DNA from: Armatimonadia bacterium
GTDB taxonomy: Bacteria > Armatimonadota > Zipacnadia > Zipacnadales > JABUFB01
DNA: 64,000 nt
Direction of reading: 5' to 3'
Assembly: GCA_039679385.1 (NCBI GenBank)
Contig: JBDKVB010000005.1
Span: forward strand, 271-64,270
The notes under the pieces were generated by a model that searched no databases, was not told the DNA's origin, and was given only the letters and a program-made list of their open reading frames with translations. Positions 43,520 through 52,285 of the stretch are shown in pieces (positions within the stretch are counted from its first letter, which is position 1; the number at the start of each line of letters is the position of its first letter). Both the position numbers and the translations under genes were made by a program.

Positions 43520-45913
43520 TCACTTCGCTCCCAGGGCCTCCAGGCGCCGGGCGATCGCATCGCGCTGACTGATCACCACTGCCGGGTCCCGGGTGAAGGC
43601 GGTCAGGCTCTCGGTGACCGGCAGGCAGGCTTCCCGCGCCCTATCGACGCTTCCCGTCCGCTCCTGCAGCAGCCACAAGTACTCGTAGTCCTCGAGGCCA
43701 TCGCGGATGTTCTCGAGGCGGAGAGAGCCATAGGGTCCTTCCTTGCCCGGGTACAGCAGGACACCGTCGCCGCTGAGAGTGTCGGTCCAGTCGCCCTTGC
43801 CGGTCCCCGTGGTGACTCCCCACTTCAGGCGCGGACCATCCTTCTCCGGGTCGATCAGGTAGTTGTTGTCTTTGTGGCTCCAGACGTTCAGACCCCAGTA
43901 GAGGAACCCGTCCATCTTCTGCTGATAGGCCTGCCACCAGATCACCCGTGACTCCACCAGCGGCTCTTCCGTCATCCAGTTGGCATAGGGGTACCGAGGT
44001 CCGCAGCAGATGTAGGACCACACCTGCAGCCCGGCGGCACGGCAGCGCTCGGCCTCGTCGAAGTGGTAGACGGAGGAGACCGGGCAGTTCCAATCGATGT
44101 TCAGGTCCTTCATGACCTGCGGGTCCTGAGGCACCTTCGCCGTGGTCAGGGTCGGGATGCCGTAGCGCTCCTTGATGAGGCCGAAGTACTCCTTCATGAT
44201 CGGGTTGAACTCCGCCGGCCGCTCATCGAAGGTGTACACATAGGCCTTGTCGCCGAGGCCGCGTCGCTTCATCTCCGGCACGTAGCGGTCGAGGCGCTCG
44301 GTCAGGCTTGCCTTGAACTGCGGCGTGTAGAACTCCAGGGGGCTGTAGCAGACCCAGATGCGCTTGCCTCGCGGCTCCACCATATTGATGACATTGAAGG
44401 CGTTCAGGCCGCGCGGGTTGTAGTGGGTCAGGTCCTCCAGGTCGGGTGGATCGGTCCGCGAGATGTCGTCGGGGTTGAGGCGGTGCTGGAGGACGTAGTC
44501 TCCGTAGGCCTGACGCAGCTTTGGCGTGAGAGGCCCGTAGAGCTTCTCGAGGTAGCCGTCCATGAGCGCGAAAGAGGTCTTGAGGTGGGACTGGGTCGGG
44601 AGGTCGAAGCCGTAGACCCTGGCGCTGACCTCGGCCACTAGATCAGAGGAGCCGGGCACATGGATGCGTACCTGGCCCTGGTACTCGCCGCGCGGCGTAC
44701 CGGGCGGTGCGTAGACGGTGAACCACAGGGACTGCGTGGTCGCCGCAGGCACGTCAAAGCGGCTGACCGGCAGCAGGGGATCGGGCCACCAACCCGGAGC
44801 AGCCTCGGTCGGCAGCTTGGGGTGCTGGAAGAGCTTCTTGATCTCCACGAAGCCGACCTGCTCCCAGGTGAGGTTCTTCGCCGGGATCACGCTTCCGTTC
44901 GGACCACGCAGGTCGCCGACGTCGACGGTACAGCCCTTGAGGTCCTGGTTGGGCGCTGTGCGGAGGGCCACCTGGAAGCTCTCGTACTCGTTCCCGGCCA
45001 GCGTGATATGGGTGCTCAGGGAGGGCGACTCCGGCGGCAAGGTGTTGATGAGCACGCGGTTAATGCTGCTCTCGGTCCAGGCGACATAGCCGCGTCCGGG
45101 TCCTGACTGCGTGCGGACGGGCAGCTCATGCTTGAGCTCCTCGCCGAGGAGCTCGTCCTTCGCCACCACCTGCACCCTCCAATCGCCGCCGGGGAGCAGT
45201 CGTGAGGAGGCGTCGGTTCCCGGCCAAGACATCTCGATGTTGCGGCCTGAGCCCTGGGTGCTGAAGACCGACTGACCGTCGCGCAGGACCGAGGCGGTCC
45301 ACTTCGCGGGGAAGGTCAGCGCTGCGTTGTAGTCGATGCTGTTGCCGCCATAGAGGCTGGGGCGAACCCGCTCACCACTGAACTCGAAGGGGACCAGGGA
45401 CAGTGAGACGTTGTCGAACCAGGCCTTACCCGAGCAGCGACGGAAGAGGAGGAAGAACTGGATCTTGGTTACGGGCTTGGTGACATCGAAGACGTAGGAG
45501 ATCCTCTGCCAGTCGTGCGTGCCGTTGTCGAAGTGCCGCTGCTGCCCCCAGAGGTTGGTGCCGTCGGCATACCAGCAGTCCATGTACAGGCAGTAGTCAA
45601 CGCCTTCGGCGCCCTCCGCCTTGCTCCAGCCACTGACGGCGAAGGGATGCTGCACCGGCGGGTCAAACACGACCTCCTGCATGGCGCCGTGGTACTCCGA
45701 CGGGTCTCCCGACGGGCAGTAGAGGCAGGGACCGCCGTCGACTCCGCCGGTTGGGCTCAGCGAGTAGCCAAGACCGGCCTTCGACCATCCAGCCGATAGC
45801 GAACCGGCCGCCTGCTCGAAGCCGGGATTGCTCAGGAGGTTGACGCCTCGCTGGGGTGCGGCGACACAGCAGGCACAACTCAGGACCAGCAGGAGTGCGG
45901 CCAGACGATGCAT
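43520..45913 (-). CDS. Secreted DUF4091 / GH123-like glycoside hydrolase candidate with N-terminal CBM-like module
   Basis: Signal peptide 'MHRLAALLLVLSCACCVAAP'. The N-terminal module is homologous to 1328..1930. The C-terminal region 'IDWNCPVSS..CRAAGLQVWSYICCGPRYPYANWMTEEPLVESRVIWWQAYQQKMDGFLYWGLNVW' matches my recollection of the DUF4091/GH123 C-terminal region. AAGGAG RBS. Confidence 0.6.
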   Translation of the reverse strand: MHRLAALLLVLSCACCVAAPQRGVNLLSNPGFEQAAGSLSAGWSKAGLGYSLSPTGGVDGGPCLYCPSGDPSEYHGAMQEVVFDPPVQHPFAVSGWSKAEGAEGVDYCLYMDCWYADGTNLWGQQRHFDNGTHDWQRISYVFDVTKPVTKIQFFLLFRRCSGKAWFDNVSLSLVPFEFSGERVRPSLYGGNSIDYNAALTFPAKWTASVLRDGQSVFSTQGSGRNIEMSWPGTDASSRLLPGGDWRVQVVAKDELLGEELKHELPVRTQSGPGRGYVAWTESSINRVLINTLPPESPSLSTHITLAGNEYESFQVALRTAPNQDLKGCTVDVGDLRGPNGSVIPAKNLTWEQVGFVEIKKLFQHPKLPTEAAPGWWPDPLLPVSRFDVPAATTQSLWFTVYAPPGTPRGEYQGQVRIHVPGSSDLVAEVSARVYGFDLPTQSHLKTSFALMDGYLEKLYGPLTPKLRQAYGDYVLQHRLNPDDISRTDPPDLEDLTHYNPRGLNAFNVINMVEPRGKRIWVCYSPLEFYTPQFKASLTERLDRYVPEMKRRGLGDKAYVYTFDERPAEFNPIMKEYFGLIKERYGIPTLTTAKVPQDPQVMKDLNIDWNCPVSSVYHFDEAERCRAAGLQVWSYICCGPRYPYANWMTEEPLVESRVIWWQAYQQKMDGFLYWGLNVWSHKDNNYLIDPEKDGPRLKWGVTTGTGKGDWTDTLSGDGVLLYPGKEGPYGSLRLENIRDGLEDYEYLWLLQERTGSVDRAREACLPVTESLTAFTRDPAVVISQRDAIARRLEALGAK

Positions 45914-45979
45914 GGTTGTTGCTCCTTGTGTGGCGGTCTGCAGCAAGCGAAGGACGCGAAGAGCTGTCGGCACAGAAGG

Positions 45980-47656
45980 TTAGCGGCTAACGACCTCGAC
46001 CTTCGACCAGTAAGCGGCCTCCCAGGCCCACCCGGTGGGCTGGTTCACGAGTTCCACATGGATCGTCTTCCCGGCGAACTCGGAGAGGTCTACGCTCTTC
46101 GTCAGCCATCCCCGGTCGGTGGTGTCCTTGCCGACGATCTGGTCGAGCAGGACCTTGCCGTCAGCGCGGACGATCAGCTCCCAGTCGGCACGGGAATCAT
46201 GGCCCACGACGATGTTGAGGAAGGTCTGCTTGCCCTCGGGAATCGTCAGGTCACGGGATAGCACGCTGCCCGTCGTCTGGTCGAGAGGATGCGTGACGAA
46301 GATGTCCTTGCGACCGCGGAAGTCGGAGAGCAGACCCGGCGCCCCCATGTCGAAGCCGCAGTTGCTCAGCTCCCAGCCGGGGGCCGTCTTGCTCAGACCC
46401 AGCGCCACCTCATCCGGGAAGCGGATCTGGGCTCTCTCTTCCGGCGTGAATCGGGTGCCGGCGATGGGGCCAGGCTCCCAGGACCGCTCCACGGGAAGCG
46501 GCTGAGGTGTCTGGACGGGGATCACGAAGACTCCCTCGCCGGTTGGGTCCTTCTCAACACGTCCGCCAGCCTGCACGACGGCTTCCCGTGCCACCTGCTC
46601 ACACGCTGCAACCAGCCCCGGGAAGTTGTAGGCGGTGTAGCTGAACTTGCGCTCCAGGTTGAGCTTGTCGCGGAAGCCCGCCGGGAGCTTGTTGTAGCCG
46701 ATTGTCGCAAAGAGCACTCCGGCCGCGCTGGAGGGGTTGCAGTCGGAGTCCATGCCACAGCGGCAGGCGATCGCCATGGTCTGCTCGGGGTCGCCCTTGC
46801 CATAGAGCAGCCCGATCAGCACGTAGGCCCCGTTCGTCTTGGCGTCGATGCCTGCCCCGGCATAGCGGTGGTAGTCGGGGTTCTTGACGTACTTGTCATT
46901 GACCCTGGTCCAGGTGGCCTCCCAGTTGTCGGGGTTCTCCTGGTACCAGGCAAGGACGTCGCGGACCATCTCGGCATACTGGCTCTCGGCGGGGATGCAG
47001 GCCAACCCGGCGGCGAGGAGGCGGTGAAGGTCGCTCTCGAAGAAGGCCTCGGCGTACAGACCGCCCATGAACATGCCGGCGTACAGACCATCACCGTAGT
47101 TGACGATGCGCCCGAACTTGTCACCCAGGGCGATGACCGTTTGCGGAAGACCAGGAGCCACGAGACCGGAGAAGTCGGACTCGATCTGGTAGTCGATGTC
47201 ATCGGAGTTGCGGCTGAAGTGCGGGTGCCCCGAGTCTGGAGGCGCAATCCCGGCACGGAGGTTGTTGCGCCCGGCTCGGTTCGCACACCAGACTGCATAC
47301 TCACTGTTGGCGAAGTCGATTCCGGCCTGTCTTGCGGAGACGCCCAGGCCAAACTCCTGCAGCGTTCGCAGGAAGGTCATCTCGACGTAGAGGTCGTCCT
47401 GTCCGAAGGCGCTGTTGATCAGGTTGTCCTTCCAGACCGGGGTCTGGTTGGCGGGGATGATGCTGCCCTGCCACTTGAACTCAGTAGGCGCCCCGAAGGA
47501 GACGCCCGCGATCTGGCCGATCCACCCGGCCTTCATGTGGTCCAGGTAGTCGGCCACGGGCAGGCGACGGTACTCGATCGCCGCCGGCGCCTCCTGCGAC
47601 CAGGCGATCTGTGTCAGGCCCAGTGCAAGAAGAAGGGTAACGATTAGTCTGTGCAT
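45980..47656 (-). CDS. Secreted ADP-ribosylglycohydrolase-family (ARH) protein with C-terminal beta-sandwich-like module
   Basis: Signal peptide 'MHRLIVTLLLALGLTQIAWSQ'. ARH motifs 'AGWIGQIAGVSFGAPTEF' and 'CGMDSDCNPSSAAGVLFATIG'. The C-terminal ~100 aa end in 'GWAWEAAYWSKVEVVS'. GGGAGG RBS. Confidence 0.65.
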   Translation of the reverse strand: MHRLIVTLLLALGLTQIAWSQEAPAAIEYRRLPVADYLDHMKAGWIGQIAGVSFGAPTEFKWQGSIIPANQTPVWKDNLINSAFGQDDLYVEMTFLRTLQEFGLGVSARQAGIDFANSEYAVWCANRAGRNNLRAGIAPPDSGHPHFSRNSDDIDYQIESDFSGLVAPGLPQTVIALGDKFGRIVNYGDGLYAGMFMGGLYAEAFFESDLHRLLAAGLACIPAESQYAEMVRDVLAWYQENPDNWEATWTRVNDKYVKNPDYHRYAGAGIDAKTNGAYVLIGLLYGKGDPEQTMAIACRCGMDSDCNPSSAAGVLFATIGYNKLPAGFRDKLNLERKFSYTAYNFPGLVAACEQVAREAVVQAGGRVEKDPTGEGVFVIPVQTPQPLPVERSWEPGPIAGTRFTPEERAQIRFPDEVALGLSKTAPGWELSNCGFDMGAPGLLSDFRGRKDIFVTHPLDQTTGSVLSRDLTIPEGKQTFLNIVVGHDSRADWELIVRADGKVLLDQIVGKDTTDRGWLTKSVDLSEFAGKTIHVELVNQPTGWAWEAAYWSKVEVVSR

Positions 47657-47712
47657 GGTGTCCTCCCAAGCTGCGCGATGCAAGGGCACGGCGACCGCTG
47701 ACCTGAAGGGCC

Positions 47713-50700
47713 TCAGGGCAGGACCTCGACAGGGCCGCTGCCGAGCGGGCTATCGCAGAGCAGGCGGTTCGTGTCTTTGACGTGGAAGTCGTCGGTGTAG
47801 CGGTAGCGCAAGGACATCTTCCAGCGCCCTGCACGACTGGGCGTCCAGTTCACTTTGAGCCGAGCGGGATTGGCGGAGGTGACCACGATGCAGTCGTCGG
47901 GACGCTTGGTCACCACGGAGGCCTTCGTCGACGCCAGGACCTTGCCCGGTGCGAGGGGCACTAGGATTGGCTCGCCGCCCTCTTCAGGCGTCAGGACGAG
48001 CTCGACGTCCTCCATCCAGTCATTGCCTTCGTCGTTCTCGACGCGGTTGATGACCAGCTCGCAGGCCGACGGCTGCCCGACTCTCGGCTGAGCTGGAACG
48101 GTCAGGGCGCCAGCGATCTCGACCCAGGTCTTCGTGTCGTTGACGCTCAGCAGCACCTCGAAGGCATCGTCGCGAAGGAGCTGCCCCAGGCGTACCAGGT
48201 GGGCAGCTTCGTTCGTGGTGTCGGTGACCCGCACCACCTCGGAGGTCCAGTCGGCGACGCACCCCGGCTTGGACACATCGGCGAAGGCGGTGAGGGCCGT
48301 CTCACCCCGGTGCCTCATCGCGACGGTATCCGTGACGGCCCCTCCGGGCGCTTGCTCCTGACTCAGCTTCGTCGTGGCTTCATAGCATCCTGGTGCAACC
48401 CTCCGGGCCTGTACCCAGAGCGCGTTAGGTCCAGGCAGCCCAAGGAGGCGGTCGCCCCTGGCGAAGCTGACCCTCACCGAAGCATCGGTCGGCAGCCCGT
48501 CAGCGCCCTTGACCCGGACGGTGACCCGGGCCTGGTCGCCCCACTGGTACACGGAGCGATCGCACTCGACGGCGGCTCGCAGTCGTGGCCGATCAGCCGG
48601 TCTGGTCTCGGCCCGGTAGGAGGCAGCGTTGGCGACGACCCGGAAGAGCCGCTCAAGCCCACAGGCCGTGTCACGGTCGTAGATGCTGTGCAGGACGCCG
48701 CTGGTGGTGGTCTTGACGAGGGCCTCGGCCGTCGCCGACAGGTCCGCGCCAAACACCCAGTGGCTGCCTCGGCCGGCGTCACGAGCCATCACGACTGCTC
48801 GGCCCTGGCTGTCCGCCACAGCCGATCGCCAGGCCGGGTCGGTGGCGGAGATGATTCCTGTTGTCGTTGCCGACTTCCAGGCCGGCGTGCTAGGCTTCAG
48901 GGCACCGAAGCGCTCCAGCCGGTCGGCTGCGAGGTCGCCCATCTCCGGCACCGATAGCGGGGTCTGCGCCCAGTCGGAGACTCGGTAGCTGTCGGTCAAC
49001 GGCTCGTCACCCGACACGGACACTCCCAGCGCCTTCGCCTGCTCCGGATTCGCGCCCAGCGTGGCCCCTGACCAGATCACGTTCACGCCCGCTTCGGGAA
49101 GACGCAGCAGCAAGGAAGCCTCGGCGTCCGTGAGGGGGCGCTTGACGGCCACGATGACGGCTCCCAGGTCCGTGTAGGCGTCGGCGAGGGTGCGGTCGGC
49201 GCGGAGTATCTCCTCGGGCCTAAGGCTCGTGCGGACATCATCGCGGCCAACGAAGGTGCTCCGAGTGGGCAGCTCCATGACGTATCGGGCGAAGGCGCGG
49301 GCCACGGTGTCCCTGTCGTCGACCAGCGCCAGCGCGCGACGGCAGGAGGCCTGGCGACCATAGGCTTCTCGCAACCCCTGGGCAGAGGAGGTCAGCTTGT
49401 CCAAGGCCGCACGCAAACCCTGAGCGTCCGCTGCGGTTACTGTGACCAGGAAGCGGTCGGGGAAGTAGGGGTTGATGCGCCGCTGCAGGAGGAAGCGCCC
49501 CGCAGCGGGGTACTGTGCGCTCGTGGCTCCGATCACGCCGAGGCGCTCCAGGGCCCGGATCGCTTCCGGCTGGTCGTCCCCCGTTCCGCCGATCAGAACC
49601 AGGTTCGCCTTGAGGCGGGCGAGCTCAGTGGCCGAAGGCATGGCTGCCTGCTTCGCGTCCTTGCCAAGGCCTCTGAGGACTGCTGTTAGGGCTGCTGCAT
49701 CGGCCGGGGCAGCGCGATGGGAGGCGACAAGGACCTCACCGGGTGACTCGCAGAGCTCGAGCAAGGGGCTCCCGAAGCCCGCCATCGTGCGCCGCGCGGC
49801 GGTGTTGGTGAGCAGATTGGGCCAGATGTCCGGGTACCAGGGCACGCCCTGCTGGAGGTTCCATTTCCACTGACCGCGACGCTTCATCCCCTCGGTGAGG
49901 GAGGTCGTGGTGAGGTCCTCAAGGGGCGTCACCACCCAGCTCATGACGAACTCCGTCGAGAAGAGGGTGGCCGGAGTTCGGGTCATCGTGCGGTAGTAGT
50001 CGAAGATGTACTGCGCGGCGCCCTCCTCATCGACGCCGGACACGCCGCGCGTGGCCCAGGAGTACTTCGGCCCGTTCCACTCCGTGATGCCCATGGGCTT
50101 GCTGTCGAGGGTGCAGCCCAGAGCCAGGGTCTCGAGATCGGAGGTCATGGTACAGCGACGGCCAAAGTAGCGGCCGGTGTACTGGTTGACCCCGCTGTAG
50201 TCGTCGCGTGGCACCGAGAGCACGGGGTCCAGGTTGGTCGCGCGGACATACCCCATCGGGACCTGCGGCTTCATCTCGTCGCGGACAACCTTGTTGACTT
50301 CGTTGAAGCAGTGCCACAGGTCGTCGCCGTACACGGAGGGCAGGTCAGCACCCCACACGGACAACTCGGCCTCGTTGCCGGTCTGCATCGCCACCACTGC
50401 CGGGTGGTCGGCGATCCAGGCGGCCCGATGGCACAGATCGCGGAAGTCCTCCAAGCCCTCTGTCGAGGAAACGTAGTGCCGAAGCGCGGTGTAGGAGGGT
50501 GCGATGCTCCCGAAGAGCGTCAGCCCCAGGTCGGCCATTTGATCGGCCTCCTCCGGCGACACTCCGGCAAGGTAGGCGCCGTAGGTGCGCTGGAAGTCGA
50601 GCCACAGCTCGGAGAACAGGGCCGAAGCCTCCTGGGGATAGCGGCGTGTCTCGCCCGAGACGACGGTTCCGCGCAGGAAGTAGGGCTGACCGTTGATCGC

Positions 50701-52158
50701 GAAGGTATAGTCGGTCAGAGCCCAATCCCAGGCGTGGCGCATGGTGGCGTTCACGTCGCACTCGGCGACGGTGACTTCGCGGAAGGCCACGCGCTGCTGG
50801 GCAAGGTCCACCAGTTTCCCGTCCGCCACCAGGGCGGCCCGAAGGGTGTAGAGGTAGGGGTAATCAGGGAACCAGAGGTCGACCGGGCGAACCTGGAGGG
50901 TCGCCTCAAGGCGGCCGCCGGATACCGGACGACTCGTCGCTGCAACCAACCTGCCGGCGGGGTCGAAGAGCCCCAGTTGCAGCGTTGCCGGTTTGTCCGC
51001 GAGGAGTTCGGAGGTAAGTCGAAGGGTACCGGTGCCGCTGCGTCGATCGACGCTCACTCGGACCGTCACGTCGCCCAGTTCACCCGGTGTGGAAGGTGTG
51101 AGTCCCGGCGCCAAGAGAGGGTAGTTCGCCACGGGTATGGCGCTGGGTGTTCCGGGTTCAGTCTCGCCTCGCAGGCCCGCAAGCTGAGCCCACAGGTAGA
51201 ACCGCCGCAGGTCCTCGGAGGCGTCCAGCTTGCGCTTCACGTCGAGCATCCGGCCGAGCTCGCCGAAGCAACGGTTCCGCAGGTCGGCCAACTGCTGCAG
51301 CTTGTCGACCTGCGCCACGATCTCCGCGGGCGTCGTGGCTACCGCTCGCTCAAGGTCTTCGCGAGGGCGGGACTGACGGGTCAGGAAGCTGTGACTGCGG
51401 ACGGCAGCCCCGTAGCGAGTGACCAGACTGTCGAAGCCCTCAGTGGCCTGAGACAGAGCCTCCAGATCGGCCCGGCGCTGCTGAAGGGTCGCCAGCCGGT
51501 CGCGCCAGACTTGAACCTCGATCAGGAGCTCACGCGCCATCTCAAGCAGTCGGCGACGCTCCTGAGAGTTGACGGCCTCGCCCGGAAGCGCCCGGCACTC
51601 TCGCAACGATAGCTGGTCGGCCCAGACCTGGCCGGTATCACCCGTTCCTGTGACGCGCACGGAGAGGTGTGCCTGGACAGCTCCGGCGGGCCGCTCGACA
51701 ACCGTGAGAGGGAGCTCGACATACTTCCAGGGGGTCTTGCCGGCAAGACGACGGCCTGTCTGCAGCGACAGGAACCGGCCCTCCTTGTTGCGCCAGGACA
51801 CCGTGAGGTAGGTCGACTGACCCCGTGCCAGCGAGGTCCTCAGCCATCCAGTCAGGACATAGGAGCGCTGCGGGTCGAGGGAGGGGACCTCAGTGGCACC
51901 GGCCATGTAGGTCCCGCGCACGCCGGTGACAAGAAGGCAACTTTTGCCCTCGTGTGGGGCTTCCTGGGATGCACTGGCGTTGCCGGCGCAGTCGCCCCAG
52001 TCTGCCGAGAAGCTCCCAACCCAGCCCTGCGGCATCCCCGAGGCAGGATCAAGGGCCTCCATGGAGCCATTCGTGAGGAGCTCCGGGCCTATCGGCTCGG
52101 TTGATTGCGCCCAGCAGACCGGCAGGCAGATCAGAAGTAGCAAGAGGGCGTGTCTCAT
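47713..52158 (-). CDS. 1481-aa secreted multidomain protein: N-terminal CBM4/9-like module plus a clan GH-A-like TIM barrel, then ~800 aa unassigned
   Basis: GGAGG lies 9 nt upstream of the ATG at 52158. Signal 'MRHALLLLLICLPVCWAQ'. 'LLTNGSMEA...GWV' is a CBM-like start. 'RVAFREVTV...FAINGQPYFLRG', 'MQTGNEAEL' (NE acid/base-like) and 'GITEWNG' (nucleophile-like) resemble GH2/GH5-type enzymes. Confidence 0.55.
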   Translation of the reverse strand: MRHALLLLLICLPVCWAQSTEPIGPELLTNGSMEALDPASGMPQGWVGSFSADWGDCAGNASASQEAPHEGKSCLLVTGVRGTYMAGATEVPSLDPQRSYVLTGWLRTSLARGQSTYLTVSWRNKEGRFLSLQTGRRLAGKTPWKYVELPLTVVERPAGAVQAHLSVRVTGTGDTGQVWADQLSLRECRALPGEAVNSQERRRLLEMARELLIEVQVWRDRLATLQQRRADLEALSQATEGFDSLVTRYGAAVRSHSFLTRQSRPREDLERAVATTPAEIVAQVDKLQQLADLRNRCFGELGRMLDVKRKLDASEDLRRFYLWAQLAGLRGETEPGTPSAIPVANYPLLAPGLTPSTPGELGDVTVRVSVDRRSGTGTLRLTSELLADKPATLQLGLFDPAGRLVAATSRPVSGGRLEATLQVRPVDLWFPDYPYLYTLRAALVADGKLVDLAQQRVAFREVTVAECDVNATMRHAWDWALTDYTFAINGQPYFLRGTVVSGETRRYPQEASALFSELWLDFQRTYGAYLAGVSPEEADQMADLGLTLFGSIAPSYTALRHYVSSTEGLEDFRDLCHRAAWIADHPAVVAMQTGNEAELSVWGADLPSVYGDDLWHCFNEVNKVVRDEMKPQVPMGYVRATNLDPVLSVPRDDYSGVNQYTGRYFGRRCTMTSDLETLALGCTLDSKPMGITEWNGPKYSWATRGVSGVDEEGAAQYIFDYYRTMTRTPATLFSTEFVMSWVVTPLEDLTTTSLTEGMKRRGQWKWNLQQGVPWYPDIWPNLLTNTAARRTMAGFGSPLLELCESPGEVLVASHRAAPADAAALTAVLRGLGKDAKQAAMPSATELARLKANLVLIGGTGDDQPEAIRALERLGVIGATSAQYPAAGRFLLQRRINPYFPDRFLVTVTAADAQGLRAALDKLTSSAQGLREAYGRQASCRRALALVDDRDTVARAFARYVMELPTRSTFVGRDDVRTSLRPEEILRADRTLADAYTDLGAVIVAVKRPLTDAEASLLLRLPEAGVNVIWSGATLGANPEQAKALGVSVSGDEPLTDSYRVSDWAQTPLSVPEMGDLAADRLERFGALKPSTPAWKSATTTGIISATDPAWRSAVADSQGRAVVMARDAGRGSHWVFGADLSATAEALVKTTTSGVLHSIYDRDTACGLERLFRVVANAASYRAETRPADRPRLRAAVECDRSVYQWGDQARVTVRVKGADGLPTDASVRVSFARGDRLLGLPGPNALWVQARRVAPGCYEATTKLSQEQAPGGAVTDTVAMRHRGETALTAFADVSKPGCVADWTSEVVRVTDTTNEAAHLVRLGQLLRDDAFEVLLSVNDTKTWVEIAGALTVPAQPRVGQPSACELVINRVENDEGNDWMEDVELVLTPEEGGEPILVPLAPGKVLASTKASVVTKRPDDCIVVTSANPARLKVNWTPSRAGRWKMSLRYRYTDDFHVKDTNRLLCDSPLGSGPVEVLP

Positions 52159-52244
52159 GGTCCAGTCCTCCGTCAATCCGCGGCCTTACTCGTCGGAGCT
52201 TGTCCCGGAGTGTTCGCGACGACCGGACCTACGACCTGCGCACG

Positions 52245-52272
52245 TTGCGGGCTGAGGAGTGCGTGGTATAAT
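52245..52272 (+). promoter_or_regulatory. Sigma70-like promoter with extended -10 upstream of the FAD-oxidase gene
   Basis: TTGCGG (52245-52250), a 16-nt spacer ending in TGg, then a perfect TATAAT (52267-52272). Confidence 0.5.
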
Positions 52273-52285
52273 GCGGCTCCGAGAC

